This document shows, piece after piece, positions 15,560 through 28,960 of a stretch of DNA of 64,000 nt (position 1 is the first letter of the stretch; each line of letters begins with the position of its first letter). The position numbers and the translations under genes were made by a program. Source of the DNA: Octopus vulgaris (taxonomy: Eukaryota); the NCBI GenBank assembly GCA_951406725.2, contig OX597820.1, positions 96,534,001-96,598,000 of the forward strand. Reading direction: 5' to 3'. The notes under the pieces were generated by a model. It did not search any database and was not told the origin of the DNA. It saw nothing but the letters and a program-made list of their open reading frames with translations.

Positions 15560-16850
15560 GTGTAACTGTGCCACGTGTATCTTATAAACTAACTCTATAT
15601 AATTTGACACTTCTCTTTCTGTCACTCTTCTCTATAATAGTTTCGGGTACCCCATATCAGGGCCAACAGTCTAGTTGTAGATTTTGCTTAAAAGAAGCTC
15701 TCAAAATTCTAACCCACAACTGCTTAATAAATACAGCGAGGCCTTCACTACGTGTAAGCACAAATTCTTCCGCACTTTTTAATTCTTTCATAAATCTAAA
15801 TGTAAGCTCACCCCCACTAATAGCACCTACATACATACCCCTAGGATCATTAACGCACACCCCTTTTATATCCCTATAACTCTTATTTCTATCTTATGTC
15901 TTACCTCATATCTATCTACCGTACCTCATCACACTATAAGATAAATATTAATTCTTTAATTTATCTTTAATTTATTTTAAACCTTAACACCAAACATCCC
16001 TTAATCTAAACCCCTAACTCTAACTCCCACTCATAAATGATTTAATATTCAACTAGCTCTTCCTTTCTCGACCACCTACGCACACACAGCCTCATTGCTA
16101 AAAATAACTCTACAGCCACTGACCTTAGCCAGGACAGACGCAAGCATTTTCAACCAAATTTCCTCCCCAACAACTTTAGACTTTGAAACTACCAGACATC
16201 TACTAGTCTCTTTAAATTCCTTTCATTTCGCTCTATTTTTTTTTTTTACTCTATTTTTTTTACCCTATCTTCCTCTACCTCCTCATCCTCTCTCTTATCT
16301 TTTCGGCAGGCCCATACACAATTCTTAGATACCATACACAAATACACAGTGCTTTATCATATAGCCGATCCTTAAAATCCCCAATACTTCACTTTGTCCA
16401 CCCCTCATTCTACTTCTTTTCTTTTCTCTACTTTTACCAATTAACTGCCACCCTTGCTACCATTCTGTTATTGAACGTTAATATGTTCACGTTTTTTTCT
16501 TTGGATGTCTACTATATAAGGACTTCAACCAACATGGATATACGCAGGATTGCACCTCAGGACTCATGCTTTGGTTTCTATAACTTCAGAAAGTTGAACT
16601 ATGAACATTTATGCCTCTTTTTTCTTCTTTCTTTCCATCTCATTCTTTTACGCCCTTCCTCTATGTTATCCTCTTATTGATATATACCATTCTTATTTTC
16701 CATATTTTTTCTCCAATTTGTTTCTGGGATATCCCATACTCGAGGATATCCCAGAAAAAGCTGTAATATTTGAATTTCTTCCTGTAATAATGTTGCATAT
16801 GACGTAAGATGTTTGCCTTGCCTTAATGTTTGAGTCCTGTTTAACAATTA
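15560..16850 (+). mobile_element. Degraded Penelope-like retroelement (GIY-YIG C-terminus plus long 3' region)
   Basis: PYQGQQSSCRFCLKEALKIL followed by frameshifted LNKYSEAFTTCKHK matches the PLE C-terminal pattern CxLCLxE...LNKRSE..CRH. A hammerhead relic lies at 16721-16767. Confidence 0.75.
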
Positions 16851-17164
16851 TATATATATGTATATATATATATGAAATTTAAATAATGAGGGTGATAAAT
16901 TGAATATTAATTTAATTAACATCAATTTAAAACCAGTGGCCTAGCATATAGAAAAATCTGAAAATTCAGAAAAATTGTATTACATGCGTATAAGGAGGGA
17001 TGACCACTAAGAGAATGGAAAACTTTCGAATTGGTAGTAAATTCACACAAGTAAATTCATCAGAGGATCTGTACATCACATATATCACAGAAGATCGATC
17101 TACAGCAAAAGCATGAGTGAGAGTAACTGCAAAATTCAAGGAAAAAAGAGTCGGGAAAAAATGT

Positions 17165-17590
17165 CACGCTGCTTGACACCATTCTGTACAGGAATGGGTC
17201 TCGCCATGCCACCACCGATATTGATCCATGCTTCCATCCCATCATGAAATGATTTAATTATCGATACAAAATGTCCTAAACAACCAAGTCGGCCGAATAT
17301 TTTCCACAGAGAATCCGTATTCACAGTATCGAAGACTTTTGTTAAATCAATGTAAGCGTGGACAAGATCCATATTCTGCTCAAAGCACTTCTGAATGTCT
17401 TGCTGTATAGATTATATCCATTGTTCCTTGACCAGAACGAAAGCCACATTGATATTCACATAGGACGTCATTTACAAGGTATTTATTCAGGCAGGTAAGA
17501 ATACACGCCAGAACCTTGCCAGCAGCTGACAGTAGAGCAGAACTTTTATGGTTGTCATACTTTAATCTGATTCCATTTCCTTTGTCGCTT
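17165..17590 (-). mobile_element. RTE LINE reverse transcriptase fragment
   Basis: Translation LLSAAGKVLA...QCGFRSGQGTMD...YIDLTKVFDTVN..LWKIFGRLGC...NGVKQ. Confidence 0.85.
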
Positions 17591-17779
17591 GAAGATATAT
17601 TTCGTTGGCTAAGTGAATAATAGCTGAAGCAAACTCGCGAACATTTAACTATAATTGCCTAACATAAAGGTTTTTGGTGTTTGCGAATTACAGTGAACAA
17701 TATTAATAATTGCCGAATGAGAGGAAAGGAAAACTGCTCTGAAAATTTAGAAAGCTATCTGTATGACATCATGCGATCA

Positions 17780-18370
17780 GTCCAAAAATACACGAAGTCA
17801 TCTGCGCAAATCTCTGAGGCGCTTTGTGGCGATTATGGCTATCTGTCCTCTAAGTTACGCGTCAAAGAGTTTGTATAAAGGGCAAGAAGTCTAATCTAGT
17901 TCTAAGAGAGATCCTCGGTTAAAGTCAAATCAAGAAGTTGGATACTGTAGCTTTCTGGAAGATCATCCTCACCCAGAGCAACGGAGAGAAAGAATGGTTG
18001 CCTATAACGATTGACAAAGGCTACGACTTGTCAGCATTAAAATCACCAGCCATTCACGGTCCAACGCCACGACCGTGTGAAGACTATCCTCAAGAAAGGC
18101 ACCATGCACAAAGCAGCTTTCTCAAGGCAGTTAGTTTTGTCATGATAAAAGTAAATAGTAGTGTCATCGGCATAGCTGGTGAGTTTAGAAGCTCATTAAC
18201 GAAAAGGCAGAAAATAGTAAGACCAAGTATAGAACCTTAAGGAAATCCCATCGTGCATCTAAGATACTATTCCAGGCTATCAATAATAGCAATAAGAAGC
18301 ATGTTCCCAGGATTGTTTCTAGACAACTAAAGGAATTTGTTGGGTGTAAACGGATACGGCCGAAATGACC
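17780..18370 (-). mobile_element. Degraded LINE reverse transcriptase fragment (CR1/L2/Jockey-like)
   Basis: Minus strand GFP*GSILGLTIFCLFVNEL...YADDTTIY...WLVIFNADK-like motifs, with stops and frameshifts. Confidence 0.7.
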
Positions 18371-20492
18371 TGATCCACGTCTTAAACCATCGATCTGTCA
18401 TTTGGATCTCTAAACATTGTCTTTAGTCCGGAATCTAGATTGTTTTTCCTGTCGATTGGTTGTTTAGCTCCTGGCTGGCCATTCTCTAGCTGACTTACAA
18501 TTAAGAGTATTTCAATCATAACCATTCGGTTGTTTTTTTTACCTTCACGCGTAATGTATGTGATACCACTCTGTTTATTCGTCCTTTTAAGATGATAGTA
18601 TATATGAACTTTGGTTACTGTTCCAAACATATCGAACAACCCATCTTCTCTAGGTTTGTGGAAGGGATGATTTCACTACCAATCCCAGGAGACTGAGGTT
18701 GTCTTATTTTTCATGAGCTCCTTTAAGAAATTAATTTTGATCTGTTGCGATCACAGTAACTTTCGGAATGATCGACCCGTCTCTTTTGTAGGGAAACGGC
18801 TTTCAGATTTTAAATTACTAAAAAATCACTCTTCAGCAATAGTTGTTTTTTTTACTCTGTCTTTACTGCCTGCGAAATAGCTTCCGACTTTGTCTTTGCC
18901 CATGTCGGTGTCAACCTCTTCTAAGTCGATTCAAGAAAGGAATCATAGTACTCTGTAGTTTTCTTCATTTTCTCTTTCAACTGCATCATTGATTCGCCTT
19001 TAACCATGCAGCAGAGATAAGAAACACATAAATCTATTTACATTGGAGTTGAAGCAAACTAGGTAAGTCTAATCATGGACTACGTTCAATTTTCAGGTGA
19101 AACCATTTCACTTCAGTTTCATTGCTGTTATTGTCTAGTTTCTAGTCAGCCTAGTCGAGTACCTCCATGATTAAAATCACTCTAACCGCGACGTTTTGGA
19201 TAACTAGACTGTTGCAATATAAAGTATCTTATCGAAAAAAATGTCCAGCATATTGAACTCACTGACTGAGTTCCTCGAACTTTTTAAATCTATATAGGAA
19301 TGCTTTCTTTGTACAGTTTCACTACTTACAGGCAGGCCACGATATAAATCTGCCCGTAAGCAGTGTCAGCTGTGAACGCAATTTTTTTCTTTTTTATTCT
19401 AATCTGCAGATGATTGATGAAACTTCCATTGTTTCCCGAAAAAACATCAAAACAAGAAAATTGCCATCAAATAATAAACCCACAATAGACGCCGCCGTTT
19501 TTCAAGTCGCATTATTATTATTATTGTTTTTTACTTTGCAAATTCACTAAGAAATGACTTCAAATTTGATTTATTATACCAGAACTCATATTACAACTTG
19601 TACAAATCGAGTTGGAAGAACTGTTACCACGCCGGATAACGTGCTAAGCGACATGCCTTCCGGTTTTGTGTTCAAATTTCGTCGAGATCAACTTTGTCTT
19701 TTATTCTTTTGGGATCGATAAATTAAGTATTAGTTAAGCAATGGAGACGATGTATTTTACTACCCCTCCCCCACCTACAAAAATTTCAGTCCTTGTAGTA
19801 GGAGGGATTATTTACATAGATTTCGGGACAAATCTTACTCAGGTTGTTAAAAAACAAAACAAAAAAGAAACGCTGACGCTGCCACTGTTTAGTATTACTG
19901 AGATTAGGGATGTTACGGTTATTTTTCGGCTAAATTTCGGTTCTTGTACCTATAGTAGGAAGGATTATTTACAGATCTTACTCAGTCTGTTAAAAAAAAC
20001 CTGACGTTGCCAGTTTAGGATTATTGAGGTTATGGAAGTTACGGCTATTTTTGTGTATATTATTATTATTTTTGTTGTCTGCGCTGAGTAGAAAAGATAA
20101 TATTTATAGAATACCGTTTTGGTAGTGCTCTGAGATGTTGTGCACGTGTATAGCTGTTTAGATGCGGTTTTTTCCTGTTAAAACAGTCTGCATGGAAGAT
20201 AGTTTACTTCGGTTATAAACAATGCTCCTCGCCTGCCAAGGTGGTCTTTCACTTTTAGTATTAACCTTCTGTTTTTCGTTGTGTAGATGGTCCATGGATT
20301 TGGTCTGAGTACAACTTCTGACAATATTTAATATACTTTTTTATGTTTTCCTCAGGAATTAATTGAGGTTTGTTGCAGAAAGTTTGTGCACCCAGGACTA
20401 GCATAATCTATGATGTATCAAATGCATTGTTTCTCTCTTTTAGCTCAGTCTTGTACCTGTGAATGACCTAAGTATTTATACGTATATATTCG

Positions 20493-20818
20493 TGAAGGTG
20501 CATGGCTCAGTGGTAACAGCATCGGGCTCACAATCATGTGATAGTGGATTCGATTCCCGAACCGGACTATGAATTGTGTTTTCTTTCGCAAGATACTTCA
20601 TTTCACGCTGCTCCAGGCCACTCAGCTATAGAAATGAGTTGCAGCATCACTTGTGCCAAACTGCATCTGCCTTTCCCTTGGATAAAATCAGTGGCGAGGG
20701 GAAGCTGGAATGCATGGGCGACTGCTGGTCTTTGATAAACAATTTTGCCCGGACTCGTGCCTCGGAGGGGAATTTTCAAGGTGCAGCTACATGGTCATTC
20801 GTGACCGAAGTGGGTCTT
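20493..20818 (+). mobile_element. tRNA-derived SINE with CORE-like body and its own tail
   Basis: TGGCTCAGTGG A box, GATTCGATTCC B box, GCAAGATACTTCATTTCACGCTGCTCCAG body, and a 14-bp TSD TACGTAT(A/G)TATTCG at 20479 and 20819. Confidence 0.8.
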
Positions 20819-21501
20819 TACGTATGTATTCGATTTGCTGTCTTTTTGATATGTTGTAGAGGTGCTGCATCTTCCAGTATTTTTGTCTTCTTTGTGTAAA
20901 ATATGTTTACATTGTTCGAAGTTTGGTTGTTTTGGTTGCATATGATGTTTCTTGGTGTTACTAGTAGGGAGGGAGATAGTGGATATGGTAGATGCTATTT
21001 AAGTTTGTTTGTATGAAGTCGGTTTTCATTGGAGATTACAGGTGTGCAGCTGTGTTTGGAAAATAATGGGAGTTTGTGAGTCTGTAATCATCTATATGTA
21101 AGATTGCACGTATGTTTTGAAGAGATGTAGAAATATCATGTGATTGTTGTGTTTGAGCATATGGATATATGCTTATATATATATAGCATATATCTCATCT
21201 TTTGCTGCATGCAATAATTCTAATAGATTAAAGTAAAATAATCAGGAGAACTATAAAGAGATATGATTCCTTTGAACGGAAATAACACACAAATTCACTG
21301 ATCAACTTTTATTCTAGTTTTTCTTTCTTGTCAAATAATAGAGAGAGAGAAAATTATATTTCGGCTGCAAGTCTTAAGAATAATAATAGAATCTAGTGAA
21401 ACAAACAAGTTTTAGTGTATCTGGTTTTCAGAAACTGATTATAATATACATTAGATTCCAAAATCTAACCTACCCTTTTATGTGCTGTTATTGTCAATAG
21501 T

Positions 21502-21868
21502 GTGGAGGCGCACTGGCCCAGTGGTTAGGGCAGTGGGAGCGCGGTCGTAGGATCGCGGTTTCGATTCCCAGACCGGGTGTTGTGAGTGTTTATTGGGCAA
21601 AAACACCTAAAGCTCCACGAGGCTCCGGCAGGGGGAGGTGGCGAACCCTGATGTACTCTTTTCACCACAACTTTCTCTCACTCTCTCTTCCTGTTTCTGG
21701 TCTACCTGTATTTCAAAGTGCTAGCCTTGTCACACTCTGTGTCCCGCTGAATCTCGCCGAGAACTACATTAAGGGAACGCGTGTCTTGCACGTTAATTTC
21801 ACGAGCAGGCTGTTCCGCTGATCGGATCAACTGGAACCTCCGTCGTCGTAACCGACAGAGTGCCACGT
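21502..21868 (+). mobile_element. SINE family C (diverged)
   Basis: Homologous to 23079-23460, with TSD TTGTCAA(T/C)AGT at 21491 and 21869. Confidence 0.85.
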
Positions 21869-22107
21869 TTGTCAACAGTCTTCATATTGACTCCTTACAT
21901 TAGATCAAGGCCTCTAATTCTTTGTAGATGTTTTATAGTCGGTTAAACTGATATAAATTATTGTTTAGTTTCATCGGATCGAAACAGGAGCAATCAAAGA
22001 TAAAGTTTATCTTGGTGATTTTTGGACTCAGAATGATACCGAAAGACAATTACTCTGGCGGCCTTCCATATTTACCATATATTCCGCCCAATAATATTTT
22101 AGGTGCA

Positions 22108-22460
22108 GGCTTGTAATTAAGAAAGTCACTTTGCAACCACGTGGTTTCGGGTTCAGATTTACTGCATAACACCTTGGGCAATTGCCTTCTACTACATTCC
22201 CCGTACTGACTAATGCTTCGTGGGTGAATTTGGTAGAAGCTTGTCATATATGTATGTGTGTGTTTGTGTTTGCCCTCCCCCCGTTTGACAACTGGTGTTG
22301 CTTTGTTTACGTTCACTTAACCTAGCGATTCGATAAAAGACATCGATAAAATAAACACCAGACTTTAAAAATATGAGGAGTGAATTTGTTTGATGAAAAT
22401 CGTTCAAAGTGGAACCCCAGCACAGACGCAGACCAATGACTGAAACAAGTAAAACGTAAA
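22108..22460 (+). mobile_element. SINE family A (old copy)
   Basis: Diverged head, CORE-like block and tail of family A. Confidence 0.7.
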
Positions 22461-23000
22461 CGATAATTATAGCGCTAAGCTGTGATGAAGAATAAACGAA
22501 CTTTAGATTAGTTTAATGAATATGATTGTAACATATTTCAACCTCTAATGTCAAATTCGCTATAGTTACTGCTTCCTCAGTTGGAGATACCAAAGAGAGG
22601 TAACTCGAGCAGATTCTAAAGCCGTAGTTTTACCTTAAAACAGTCACTATCAGTGACTGAGTAGTGCTGGCGGACCGCCAGGCCGGAATAAATATAATGT
22701 TATCAGGGCTAAGCAGTGATGGGAGATGGGGGATATGTTTAAGTAAAAAGTGAAGGTGAAAGAAATGTCTAAGTATTAAAGGTCAATCAATGACGATTGG
22801 CAGTGTGACTTAGATTTATTTTTTGGTGAAAAGCTGAGTGTTTGTGGCTTGGTGGGGAATATAGGCTCTGCGCTCACTGTTATTTAGGGCATGTCAGTTA
22901 GACGTGATTCGCCCTTCAAAATTAAACGATGTGCCACGTTGCAAGGAGTATCGAGTTACACTGCAGGTTTATTTTATCTATCTATCTATCTATCTCTCTC

Positions 23001-23078
<78 letters not shown>

Positions 23079-23080
<2 letters not shown>

Positions 23081-23460
23081 GAGGCGCAATGGCCCAGTGG
23101 TTAGGGCAGCGGACTCGCGGTCGTAGGATCGCGGTTTCGATTCCCAGACCGGGCGTTGTGAGTGTTTATTGAGCGAAAACACCTAAAGCTCCACGAGGCT
23201 CCGGCAGGGATGGTGGTGATCCCTGCTGTACTCTTTCACCACAACTTTCTCTCACTCTTACTTCCTGTTTCTGTTGTACCTGTATTTCAAAGGGCCGGCC
23301 TTGTCACTCTCTGTGTCACGCTGAATAACCCCGAGAACTACTTTAAGGGTACACGTGTCTGTGGAGTGCTCAGCCACTTACACGTTAATTTCACGAGCAG
23401 GCTGTTCCGTTGATCGGATCAACGGAACCCTCGTCGTCGTAACCGACGGAGTGCTTCCAA
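23079..23460 (+). mobile_element. tRNA-derived SINE, family C (full length)
   Basis: Head TGGAGGCGCAATGGCCCAGTGGTTAGGGCAGCGGACTCGCGGTCG...GGTTTCGATTCCC. Copies occur at 6726, 21502 and 43591. Confidence 0.9.
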
Positions 23461-24033
23461 AATATATAGTTTAGAGCTTTAAAAAAATCTAAAACATCTG
23501 AACCCGGAACAATGTGGTTGGGGAGCAAGCTTCTTACCACACAGCTACGCCTGCACCAAGAAATAAATTCAGCTGTTTCTTGCAATAAATACATCACGAA
23601 CAAAATTTTTTTCATGGACCCTTAATATACTGCTGTGGATCCCCAATTCACTATTTTGCTTTCGTGGACCCCGAAAAACCGTATACGGCCCTCCCTGGGA
23701 TTATATGGACCGCGGTTGAGAACCTCTGATTGAGAGCTTCTGTTGTTTCCACCAATATGCCGTTTGTCTATTAAGTTAGGATAAGAAACAGCAATGTTTA
23801 CAAAATGTCCCAAACATTTGCTGGTAACATACTTCGGCTTCTTCCGACTGTTGCTGTTATATTATTAGGGATTATCAACGTCTTTGCTGAAATATGTTGG
23901 TTATTTAACTACAAAGAAATATCTCCCACAGCCCTTACTGATACTTGTTTACTTTACTTTGTCACTTGTATCTCTTTCTTTAATCAGTTCTTCTCTATTC
24001 TTCCCCTTTTCCAGATCTACCAACAACCTGACT

Positions 24034-24086
<53 letters not shown>

Positions 24087-24139
24087 CGTGTATGTATGTG
24101 TGTATGTATGTATGTATGTATGTATGTGTGTATATACAT

Positions 24140-24191
<52 letters not shown>

Positions 24192-24210
24192 GCGTGTGTG
24201 TGTGTGTGTA

Positions 24211-24253
<43 letters not shown>

Positions 24254-24276
24254 ACGTACGTATGTATCTTTTACCA

Positions 24277-24632
24277 TTTACTTCTTTCAGTCTTTAGACT
24301 GCGGCGGCCATGTTGGGACACCGTCTTGAAGAATGAATCAATTCCAGTACTATTTTTTGTCTGGTGCTTATTCTATTGGTCTCTTTTGCTGAACCGCTAA
24401 GTTACGGAGATGCAAGCACACCAACACTGGTTGTCGAGCGGGGGAGTGGGGGCTACCACAAACAGAAAGACACACACACACACGCACACACACATATATG
24501 TACGACGGGATTCTTTTAGATTCCGTCCACCAAATCAACCAGAAGCTATAGTAGAAAACACTTGCCCAAGGTACCATGCAGTGGGACTGAACCCAGAATC
24601 ATGTGGTTGGGAAGCAAGCTTCTTACCACACA
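24277..24632 (-). mobile_element. SINE family A (diverged)
   Basis: Same tail, body and head order as 412-818. Confidence 0.75.
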
Positions 24633-25080
24633 ATCACATCTGTATAATATATGTATGTATATATCATACCCACACACACACATATGTACATTTTAATATA
24701 TATATATACACGAGCAAAACGTCCCCGTCCAATGGACGGTGCTGAGTTGTCAAACATGTAAACCAAATTTTCTCAAAACAACTTGTCCGACCGTCCCATA
24801 GGCCTCCCCTTTGAGAAACACTGATTTAACCTAAATTTGAGACACCAGCAAAAGAAGAAATGAAGATAGACTTTTTTGTATTCCAAAGAAAAACGATTTT
24901 ATTCCCACAAATATGCAACCGAAGAGTTTAAAGTACCAGTAATGATAAGGCTGTTGACTGGGATTACACAAACATGGCTTAAACAGTAAGCTTGGCAGAA
25001 AAGAAACGTGCCTTTAAGCAGTACAAAAACAACAAAAAATGGAAGGTGCAGTTATGTACAGGTTGATGGAAGAAAAGCAG

Positions 25081-25266
25081 GACTAAAACGGCTTTATCGA
25101 TCGCATTCTCACCTGGAATCGATTTTTGTAATTTTTTCAAGACTTATACACGCCCTGATGCCGTCGGAATCTACATATCAAATTTGAGCGCAGTCGGATG
25201 GAGGATGCCCGAGATCCAAAAAGACACACACACACAGACAGACAGAACGGATTTCATATAATAGAT
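25081..25266 (+). mobile_element. Possible non-autonomous Helitron/Helentron-like 3' end
   Basis: The layout CAAATTTGAGCGCAGTCGGATG...CACAGACAGACAGA...ATAATAGAT resembles HINE/DINE-type ends (recalled pattern only). Confidence 0.4.
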
Positions 25267-25281
25267 ATATATCATGAACTT

Positions 25282-25375
<94 letters not shown>

Positions 25376-25976
25376 TATGTGTGTGTGTGTGTGTGTGTGT
25401 GTCGGTGTGTGCCTATCTATTTATTGAATTTAAAAAGCAAAATGAGATGCTTGCAGACGTTGCATCTGTGAAGTTGTTCTGAACTTAATTTTTCACCTAA
25501 ACGAAAGCAAAAGCTAACATCATCTCGTTAAGTGCCCTAACTACTGCACTCGATTATCACATCTCAGCATCTCAACCACCAGCTTCAAATGCAGCTTTTA
25601 GCAAAACCTTTTGTATGTAAAGCAATCCCTTACACTGGTACTTTCATTTTTCTATATGTCGAGTTAGAACAGAGACAAGTCTCCCACGCACAGGACAGAA
25701 CGTATATCGTAAGCAACTTTCCCATGTAGTATCAACCCAGAAACAGAACGAAAATCTGGTCACTGTGCAATGCTTTGTCGACTTGGCGCTTTTACAAGAA
25801 TACTAAAGATTTAATAGAAACCAGCAATAATGGTTATGTGAATGGTTTTGAGTTCAATTGTACTGCATGGCGCTTATGGAAAATGTCTGGTACAATAGTC
25901 TGGGTCCAACCAAAGTTTTATAAACGGATTTGGTAAACGGAAATTGTAAGACGCCCATCATATATGTGTGTGTGCG

Positions 25977-26045
<69 letters not shown>

Positions 26046-26539
26046 ATATTCCTATCTGTGTCCTTGCATTTGTGTCTTACCCCACACCACCACTTAACGA
26101 CCGGAGTTGGTCTGTTTATTTCTCCCGTAACCTAACAGTTTTGTCAAAGTGACCAATAAAATAAGTATTAGATTTTAAAAAATAAGTACTGGGACTGATT
26201 TGTTCGACTAAAACACTTCAAGGAGATGCCCCAGCCTGGCCGCAGTTTAATGACCGAAACAGCTAAAAATATAATAATTCTGCTCTAATCTAGACAATTA
26301 ATCCAATGACCATCTCAAGCCTCTGCTTCTTTCAGTAATTAATCTTTTTCCACCACATTAATTCATTCTGTTATAGGCACAAACCTTGAAATTTCGGTGG
26401 GAGGGGGCCAGTCGACCCCTAAGCTCGATTGCTATTTATCTCATTTACTCCGAAAGGATGAAAGGCAAAGATGACCTCAGCAGAATGATGCTACCGGTTC
26501 GTCGCCTTTGCTACATTAATACATTCTTTATATTATATG

Positions 26540-27479
26540 CACAAGGCCTGAAATTTTGCGGAAAGTGGGATGCTAGTTGATTACATCGAATCACAACGAG
26601 CAATTGGTACTTATTTTATCGACCCAGAAAGGATGAAAGGCAAACTCGGCCGCGATGACATTTGAACTCAGAACCTAAAAACTAGCGAAATACCTATTTC
26701 TTTATTACCCACAAGGGGCTAAACACAGAGAGGACAAACAAGGACAGACAAACGGATTAAGTCGATTATATCGACCCCAGTGCGTAACTGGTACTTATTT
26801 ATTCGACCCCTAAAGGATGAAAGGCAAAGTCGACCTCGGGGGAATTTGAACTCAGAACGTAGCGGTAGACGAAATACCTATTTCTTTACTACCCACAAGG
26901 GGCTAAACACAGAGAGGACACGCAAGGACAGACAAATGGATTAAGTCGATTATATCGACTCAAGTGCGTAACTGGTACTTAATTTATCGACCCCTAAAGG
27001 ATGAAAGTCAAAGTCGACCTCGGCAGAATTTGAACTCTCAACGTAGCGACAGACGAAATACCTATTTCTTTACTACCCACAAGAGGCTAAACACAGAGAG
27101 GACAAACAAGGACAGACAAAGGGATTAAGTCGATTACATCGAACCCAGTGCGTAACTGGTACTTAATTTATCGACCCCTAAAGGATGAAAGTCAAAGTCG
27201 ACCTCGGCAGAATTTGAACTCTCAACGTAGCGACAGACGAAATACCTATTTCTTTACTACCCACAAGGGGCTAAACATAGAGAGGACAAACAAGGACAGA
27301 CAAACGGATTAAGTCGATTATATCGACCCCAGTGCGTAACTGGTACTTAATTTATCGACCCCTAAAGGATGAAAGGCAAAGTTGACCCCGGCGGAATTTG
27401 AACACAGAACATAACGGCAGACGAAATACAGCTACGCATTTCGCCCGGCGTGCTAACGTTTCTGCCAGCTCGCCGCCTT
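26540..27479 (-). repeat. SINE family B head plus four tandem 184-bp bodies and a partial unit
   Basis: Junction TACCTATTTC at 26691, 26875, 27059 and 27243 gives a period of exactly 184. There is a single head at 27427-27479. Confidence 0.9.
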
Positions 27480-28388
27480 CAAGTCATTAACTGAGGCCTG
27501 TTTTCGACAGTGAATTGGCAGATTCGTTAGAGCGTTCGACTGAATGCTTTACTCTGTTGGTCCACTTTTTGAGCTTCGAGTTCAAATTCCACCAAAGTCA
27601 ACTTTGCCTATCATCCTTTCAGCATCGATAAAAACGTACTAAGCCAAAGTAGTGGATTAGCGCATACCCATCAGTAATTGTTCAAGTTCTTTGTGTTCTA
27701 AGTTCAAATTTAAGAGAAGGATAAAATTCTCTTTGGTAGGACGCAAATCTCTCTCAGAAAACTCCCCCACAATAGCCCGGTGTTCATTCTTAACAGCTGA
27801 TATAAACTGGGTCGGTGTAGTATTAATTTCACTACCCCGAGATGTAACGAAATGCTCGAAACTAAAATGAACTCATGATTTATAAATCTGAAACCTAACA
27901 ACATCTCCGTGTGGTTGTTTTGAATTTCAGTGTTACATGCATTCCGAAGTAAAGGTAGCCGAATGTTCCTTGACGCAACGGTAACTAAAAACATCAAACT
28001 CAATCATTGACAGACACACGGATTAAATCACATGAAGCTAGTCTTATAATGATTTAAGTCGCTGGAGGTTAAGTGGTATTAGTGAGTGACTGGTAGTGGA
28101 GCGGTCCACAAACTCGTCCGACTGGTAACTTAACAGTTGACTCATTCGCCCGGATGTAGACAATCACACGCTGTTCTACAAACAGGTTTTCTCTTTCTTT
28201 TTCCCTTTTTGTTTTTATTTGCTGTCAACAAATACTGAGATCTGTTCAGGAATTCGTCTTCTACTGCAGATAATATTTGCTAGAATTCAGAGTTAGGTCC
28301 GTGCAGTAAGTAGCAGGTACAGCACTTTTGACACAACCCGAACGTCTCAGTGCACGACAAAAGGAGGTTTCTACGCAAAGAGAAAGAC

Positions 28389-28438
28389 ATGGGCGCGAAT
28401 TCATCTAAAACTGAAATAGAAGAGGAACCGAAAACTAG
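28389..28438 (+). CDS. Putative first coding exon of the ankyrin-repeat gene (MGANSSKTEIEEEPKT, N-myristoylation motif)
   Basis: GACATGG start context, MGxxxS motif, and donor AG/GTATTT in phase 2 matching the phase-2 acceptor at 56667. It lies in non-repetitive sequence. Confidence 0.65.
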
Positions 28439-28493
28439 GTATTTTTATTTGATTTTTTGTGTTTAATGATTTCACCAACGTGCTTCTTACTTT

Positions 28494-28543
28494 TAGTATC
28501 ATTATTTATCGTTTGCTATTATTGTTTATCATTGCTTTTCTTT

Positions 28544-28605
<62 letters not shown>

Positions 28606-28650
28606 AAAGAAAAGCAATGATAAACAATAATAGCAAACGATAAATAATGA

Positions 28651-28655
<5 letters not shown>
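28494..28655. repeat. Perfect 53-bp inverted duplication around a (TA)n(CA)n spacer
   Basis: 28494-28546 is the reverse complement of 28603-28655. Confidence 0.9.
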
Positions 28656-28700
<45 letters not shown>

Positions 28701-28897
28701 TGTAAATTGTGATTGTAACATTTGTTTTTCTTTTGTTGACCCTAGTTTAATCGAAACAGACAAACTAAATCTTGATATTGATTATAATGACGAGATGGTG
28801 ATGACGATGATGTTGATGGTTTTGATAATGAGAAGGAAAAGGAAGATAAGGCAGAAAAGGACGTTGGTCTGACACCCAAAAACAAAAAAAAACAAAA

Positions 28898-28960
<63 letters not shown>

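Noticed and set aside
18382-19010. Coding-looking minus-strand segment upstream of the LINE RT fragment
   Set aside because: Multiple stops and no motif I can identify. It is probably decayed retroelement sequence.
23079-23150. tRNA genes (A/B-box heads here and in other SINE copies)
   Set aside because: There is no proper acceptor stem, and each head continues into a repeated SINE body, often with TSDs.
26691-27426. 184-bp tandem units as a CRISPR array or hammerhead retrozyme
   Set aside because: There are no unique spacers, the context is eukaryotic, and I found no hammerhead core on either strand. The units are SINE bodies.
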